Below, in pieces: positions 59,366 through 64,000 of a DNA stretch of 64,000 nt. The translations under genes and the position numbers were made by a program. Below the pieces are notes generated by a model, which did no database searches, was not told where the DNA came from, and saw only the letters and a list, made by a program, of their open reading frames with translations. Every line of letters starts with the position of its first letter. The stretch's first letter is position 1. The stretch is from positions 1 through 64,000 of the IMG/VR virus record IMGVR_UViG_3300033072_000326, one strand, 5' to 3'. Origin of the DNA: a virus. Taxonomy: Duplodnaviria > Caudoviricetes.

Positions 59366-61105
59366 TTAGAAGCTAACGTCTTGCTTACCTACCCAATCAT
59401 CAAAATCGTGAAGAGTGTGTGTCTGTCCATCATAAAACAGCTTTCCACATTCACCTGTTGTACCAGCTCCACGGTTTTTAGGCATGAACAGATTGGTTGT
59501 ATTTCGAATTATCGGGTCTTCGTTCATCTTGTCACGACTGGCAATAACAATCCATGCAGCAGACTTAACGAGCGTACTACTACCCTGTACGCCGCTTTCT
59601 GTACCAATACCGCCTTGACTACCGTCCTTTTCACCGCTACCAACCTTACGTTGATGTGCAATCAGAACAAAGCTAACTGGGTAGTTAGTCACCATCCCTT
59701 TCATCCACATCATGAACTGTGCCTGTTCATCAATCGTCAGCATATCAAAACTGTCAGAGATGGTGTCCCATACAATAATCTGACACTCACACTGGATGAT
59801 TAGTTGCTCAACCCGCTGCTTCATTATGTCAATGTGACAATCACGGTCATCAATAACAAACCAACGATCAGAACCATCTGGTGTGCGGAACAGCTCATTT
59901 GCCTTGTCAATCACCCACTGTTCTTCAAGAAGTTTTATCTTCTCTTGCTGGGTCAGTGCACCAAGCTTAACACCAATATGACGAGAGAGAACAAGTTCAC
60001 CGTATTGTCCGAGATTCTGCTCAGTCGAAATGACGCCAACGCGGAGTTGGCCGTTCATCAGCCAGTGGTAGCAGCTCTCATTCACGATAGTTGACTTAGC
60101 TGCACCTGTAAATGCAGAGATTAGGCCAATTGTACCAAGAGCAGGGCCACCGGCAGTCATGGCATTAAACTTCTTCATGAACGGTGGAAACTCAATACGT
60201 GGTGCATGTGCCTCCTTAATCACTGCATCAAGGAAGCTACTACTACCTGCGATACCTTGTGGAACATAAGGTTTAGCTTTCAAATACGCATTGAGAAAGT
60301 GCTTATCTCGCCCTTGCACCAACATCTCATTTGCATCCTTCAGGTCAATGCTCATCACAAACATCTTGCCTTTCGGGATTACATCAACAAGCTTCCTGAT
60401 TGCCTCTTGTCCAGCCTTGTCATTGTCGTAACAAACGATGATTTGCTCAAAACGATTTAGCCATTCGTAGTGGTTTTTGAGTTGCTTGTAGCTAGCCGTC
60501 TCCCCAACAACAGCTGATACAACAGGTGTTGGCTCATACTCACTGTCAGGCTTGTTCAACATAGCGTATGCAGACATAGCATCCACTTCACCAGCCGTAA
60601 TCAGAAGTTTCTTGCTGTTGCTGTTACGGAACTTATATTGACCAAACAAATCACTTTCGCTGCTCATGCTGCCAACAGTGAAGAATGTCTTCGGTAGTTG
60701 CCTTACTTTGAAACCTGTCAGTTGGTGGTCTTTAAAGATTGGATAGTATTGCTCTACAGGCTCACCTGTTGCTGTGTCCACTTTGTGCCGTACAAAATAA
60801 GCGGAATACGCCCAATCTGGAATGCTACGCAGCTTAAAACCAGATGGTGTCGTATACCCCTTGATCTTGTCAATCTCTTCTTTAGTTAGTGGTTCTTTAC
60901 TGCTCACCTCTTCCTCCATTTCATCTGTCCAATTGAATACATTAAGTCCACGACGTTCTGCTTCCTCATCAGAGAGGACGGAATAGCCACAAGAGAAACA
61001 ATGACCACCCCGCCCTTCCCCGTACCAATGGAAGTTGTCCCCTTTTGCGTCATTACCTTCTTCACGACAACGGGGACATGGATTAGCTCCAACCTTGTAT
61101 TCCAT
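59366..61105 (-). CDS. Primase-helicase (T7 gp4-like)
   Basis: N-terminal Zn finger CPRC...HCFSC; TOPRIM AGEVDA, YDND; Walker A AFTGAAKS; QGSS, KNR. Confidence 0.93.
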   Translation of the reverse strand: MEYKVGANPCPRCREEGNDAKGDNFHWYGEGRGGHCFSCGYSVLSDEEAERRGLNVFNWTDEMEEEVSSKEPLTKEEIDKIKGYTTPSGFKLRSIPDWAYSAYFVRHKVDTATGEPVEQYYPIFKDHQLTGFKVRQLPKTFFTVGSMSSESDLFGQYKFRNSNSKKLLITAGEVDAMSAYAMLNKPDSEYEPTPVVSAVVGETASYKQLKNHYEWLNRFEQIIVCYDNDKAGQEAIRKLVDVIPKGKMFVMSIDLKDANEMLVQGRDKHFLNAYLKAKPYVPQGIAGSSSFLDAVIKEAHAPRIEFPPFMKKFNAMTAGGPALGTIGLISAFTGAAKSTIVNESCYHWLMNGQLRVGVISTEQNLGQYGELVLSRHIGVKLGALTQQEKIKLLEEQWVIDKANELFRTPDGSDRWFVIDDRDCHIDIMKQRVEQLIIQCECQIIVWDTISDSFDMLTIDEQAQFMMWMKGMVTNYPVSFVLIAHQRKVGSGEKDGSQGGIGTESGVQGSSTLVKSAAWIVIASRDKMNEDPIIRNTTNLFMPKNRGAGTTGECGKLFYDGQTHTLHDFDDWVGKQDVSF

Positions 61106-61917
61106 TAAATCTCCTCAGCCCTGTAAAACCGATCAAGAATTACATCACGCTCTTTCAATTCACGACGTAATCGAACAATTTCAGCAAGAATGCGTTTGTC
61201 TAGTTTTTGTTGCCCAACTGCGTGCCAAAAGTAATGATTGTAGATTTGGGCACGTTCAAACAAAGCCAGAGCATTTTGTCGTTTCGCTATACGGCTTTGC
61301 AGAATAGAAATTACGTCTTTCATTGCTTCTCTCCTTTGTACGTTGCTTTGATGTAATAAGTTGGTGTAACAGGTTTCCCCATGTATTTGCGGTTGTTTTC
61401 TTCAACAGCAGCCAATGCCTGAGCCTCGGAGCTGTATTCAGTTGTCCATGTCTCACTGCCCCAACCAGCCTCACTCTCGTAATATTCTACAACATATTTC
61501 TTAGACATTATTTCTTCTCCTCTTGTTTAGCTTGTTCATTATCACCTGTCTTACCTTGCTTGTCGAGCCAATTTTCAATAACACTAACACTCTTAGAAGC
61601 AAGACGTTGTGCTGTCTCACTCTTCACAGCTTCTGTAATACCAACACCTGCTGCAATGAAATAAGCATCTTCTTTGGAAGGCAGCAAAGCTTTTGCTGTA
61701 GAGAACAACAGGGCAAGGAGTATGAAGATTACGCCCCATCGTTTGCTTGTCTTCAGTGTGCTTTGATTAGGTTTACTATAAATACTACCAGCCTCACAAC
61801 CATAAACCACTGCACAACCAAAAGCTCCGAAGGCAAACACAGTAGCAAGAAACACAAACAAGGTGCCAAGGCTGTCAAGACGTGTAATCCAATATAAAGT
61901 CCAGAAAGAGTCCATGT
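61105..61917 (-). CDS. Hypothetical proteins (61105-61323, 61320-61508, 61508-~61916 membrane)
   Basis: Overlapping ORFs with SDs. Confidence 0.6.
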
Positions 61918-61977
61918 TTAATTCTCCTTTGATTAGCAGCCTAAATGGCTGCGAAAGCACATAAGCGTAGCGTTGTG

Positions 61978-62451
61978 CTACTCCTTCAATTTATAAAATG
62001 TATGTCCAGATTGCTTGCTAACTCTTTGGAGTTTGCTGTAGTCCCAGCTTGGCTTCACATTGTTAGCATGAAAGTATTGTACATTGTTGTATGTGCTTTG
62101 TCTACCCTTTAAGCTGTTTGCAAGGACATTCAGCACAACAGCCAAGCTGTCTTTATGTAAAGCTTGCTTGTTCCAATTGTAGCCAGCTTTGTAGAAAGAA
62201 AACTGTGCTTTCTGTTTCAGAACAGAGCATACGTGCATATTGTTGGCAACAGCCCTATTGAGGATGGATATAAGCACAAGTTCCTTGTCCATTCTATCCT
62301 CCAAATTAGCCTCAGAGAACACAGCAGATGTAAGACAAGCTATTGCTCCATTCTGCGTCATAGCGTGAACGTATGCGTTGTTGCTGTGTGCCACATTGCT
62401 AACGAAGAACAACATAACACACAGCAGAAGATTTGTCAAGCTTTTATTCAT
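61978..62451 (-). CDS. SleB-like cell wall hydrolase
   Basis: Signal peptide; CLTSAVFSEA, QFSF, YFHANNVKPSW, GHTFY. Confidence 0.8.
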   Translation of the reverse strand: MNKSLTNLLLCVMLFFVSNVAHSNNAYVHAMTQNGAIACLTSAVFSEANLEDRMDKELVLISILNRAVANNMHVCSVLKQKAQFSFYKAGYNWNKQALHKDSLAVVLNVLANSLKGRQSTYNNVQYFHANNVKPSWDYSKLQRVSKQSGHTFYKLKE

Positions 62452-64000
62452 CTGTCCATCGCCCACGTTTTACTGCCTGCACCGCATCCCACACAGCTTC
62501 TAGGCCGTATTTGCCCACCAGCTCGTACATGGTGGACGTTGCTTGTGTTTTTCGTTCTGCCTCTTTCTCTGCTTCTTCTACAGCTTTACGTGCTGCATCT
62601 ACACGCGGTTGAATAGCTTCTGCACAACCTTCCCACTTGCTGTCATACAACGCTGCCTGTCGCATATTATTTTGTGCAAGCGTCATGTCAATAAGAAGCT
62701 CTTTCAGAGCACTCAGCAGTTTTTGATTTACATCACTCATAATCAATCTCCTTTAGATATTCTTTGACAATATCATAATACAACTTACTCAAACTCCACT
62801 TATCTGTCACACCATATTCTTCCATATCTGACACAGAAGGGCAAATGTCTGTCCCATCGAACACACATTCATTGACATAAATTTCAATGTCTCCTTCGTA
62901 GATTTCGTAGGCAATAATGATGCCTGTATTATCGTCGTACAAACGTGAAATGTTCTTAGCCATGTTCATCCTCCTTTGGTTTCCTAGCAGCCTCAACGGC
63001 TGCGTCAGCGTATAAGCGCAGCGTTACGCTCTCTACGACGTCAAACGTATTATACACAAACAACACAGAGTGTGCAACACCTGTCCGTAATGTTGCCTCT
63101 TTTGCCACAGCTTCTGCCTCTTCTTTTGTTGTGTAGCATTTGCTGTGAAATGTCTTGAAAGAAATAGAGGATGTGTCAGCAGAATAATTTAAACGTGCAA
63201 TAATGTACATTTTCTCTCCTTACATGATGATGATTTGCACACGTTTGCTATGTGCTGCTTTGAATAATTTCATTGTACGTTCTGGCATTGCTTTTGTAAA
63301 GCGTTTTCCAACAATGGGACGTATGTCCATGTAAGCTGTTGTGTATTTCACTGTTCACCTTTCATGCAGTGGATTTGTTGACGATAGGCTTTGCTATCTC
63401 CGCCAAGTTTGTCTATATAGTTACACATACCGATCATGGTGAGCAGCATGTCAGACTGCACCTTCTCGGCTTCGGTAACGACTTCCTTAGCATTCTCGAT
63501 GCAATACTTCTCAGCCAACATTACAGCACGATGTACAGCGTCTTCCTTGCTGGTATCCCAAGCCAACACTTGTCGGTCATTCACACAATTCATCCATTGT
63601 GTGTCGTATAAACCAAGTTTCATTATTTCTCTCCTGTTAAGTGCTAGCAGCCTTTGAGCTGCTAGAGTACATAAGCGTTAGCGTTGTACTACTTCAAATA
63701 TAGCACTCTTTTGTTTGGCTTGCAACTGGATGATGAAATTATCCGCTTCTACTTTCGTCTCACGATAGCCACACAACATACGACGTGGCGTTAGTTGCCA
63801 AATTATATACATCAATGTTCTCCTGTTTACGGGAGCAGCATAAAAGCTGCGAAAGCGTATAAACAAAGTGTTACGCTACTCCTCCGATGTGTAAAATGTC
63901 TTCACATAAATATTGTCAACAACAGCATTATACTCGTTGTCAAACTCCGTGTCAATGTTGTCTAGCTCGTCTTGTGCTAGCAGAGTGTCAATTGATTCTT
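62444..64000 (-). CDS. Small hypothetical early proteins (62444-~62738, 62733-~62966, 62956-63210, ~63220-63351, 63348-63623, 63678-~63812, partial 63870-64000)
   Basis: Packed ORFs with AGGAGA(G) SDs. Confidence 0.55.

Larger units (their letters stand above)
56424..63877. repeat. Five dispersed copies of a ~44-nt double-hairpin element (56424, 61936, 62987, 63647, 63835)
   Basis: GCAGC(C)-n5/6-(G)GCTGC, 3-nt spacer, then a 6-bp covarying stem with a conserved 12-13-nt insert. Confidence 0.85.

Noticed and set aside
56424-63877. Hammerhead or CRISPR interpretation of the dispersed double hairpins
   Set aside because: No CUGANGA/GAAA core on either strand; copies are kilobases apart and not separated by regular spacers.
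63926-63943. TTGACA...TATAAT on the minus strand near the window end
   Set aside because: The spacer is only 6 nt and the motif lies inside an open coding frame (EFDNEYNA).
1-64000. CRISPR array, cas genes, integrase/repressor, reverse transcriptase/DGR, invertase, phage RNA polymerase
   Set aside because: No regular direct-repeat array and no ORF with the relevant motifs was seen in this window.

Overview
The window is part of a lytic, contractile-tailed (myovirus-type) dsDNA phage genome. Gene content and order resemble FelixO1/PAK_P1-type phages of Proteobacteria (inference from gene content, not a database hit). It has three blocks. (1) A leftward arm (1-10240) of small early/auxiliary genes, including macrodomain, ClpP-like, PhoH, GIY-YIG and wHTH/RHH proteins. 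(2) A rightward arm (10765-40302) with an SGNH tailspike-like gene, two tRNAs, thioredoxin, terminase, head, tail, baseplate, two tail fibres and a lysis cassette. (3) A leftward arm (40350-64000) with nrdAB, a MazG-like protein, exonucleases, SSB, a family A DNA polymerase, primase-helicase and a SleB-like hydrolase. Two group I introns split terL (ORF-less) and the tape measure gene (HNH-encoding), and several free-standing homing endonucleases are present. Transcription appears to rely on sigma70-type promoters throughout. The most notable unexplained elements are these. Two stand-alone antitoxin fragments that keep only the toxin-neutralising domain (MqsA-like zinc finger at 1514-1726; TacA/DUF1778-like C-terminal peptide at 41177-41341), alongside a DarG-like macrodomain. 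A ~105-nt sRNA with its own promoter and terminator that displays four anti-Shine-Dalgarno CUCUCC(U) motifs (14391-14497). A ~400-nt highly structured non-coding RNA candidate ahead of the tRNAs. Five copies of a covarying double-hairpin element in the right-hand early region. An iteron-bearing origin candidate next to a CopG-like/wHTH gene pair. All protein assignments are by motif recognition by eye; no searches were run.
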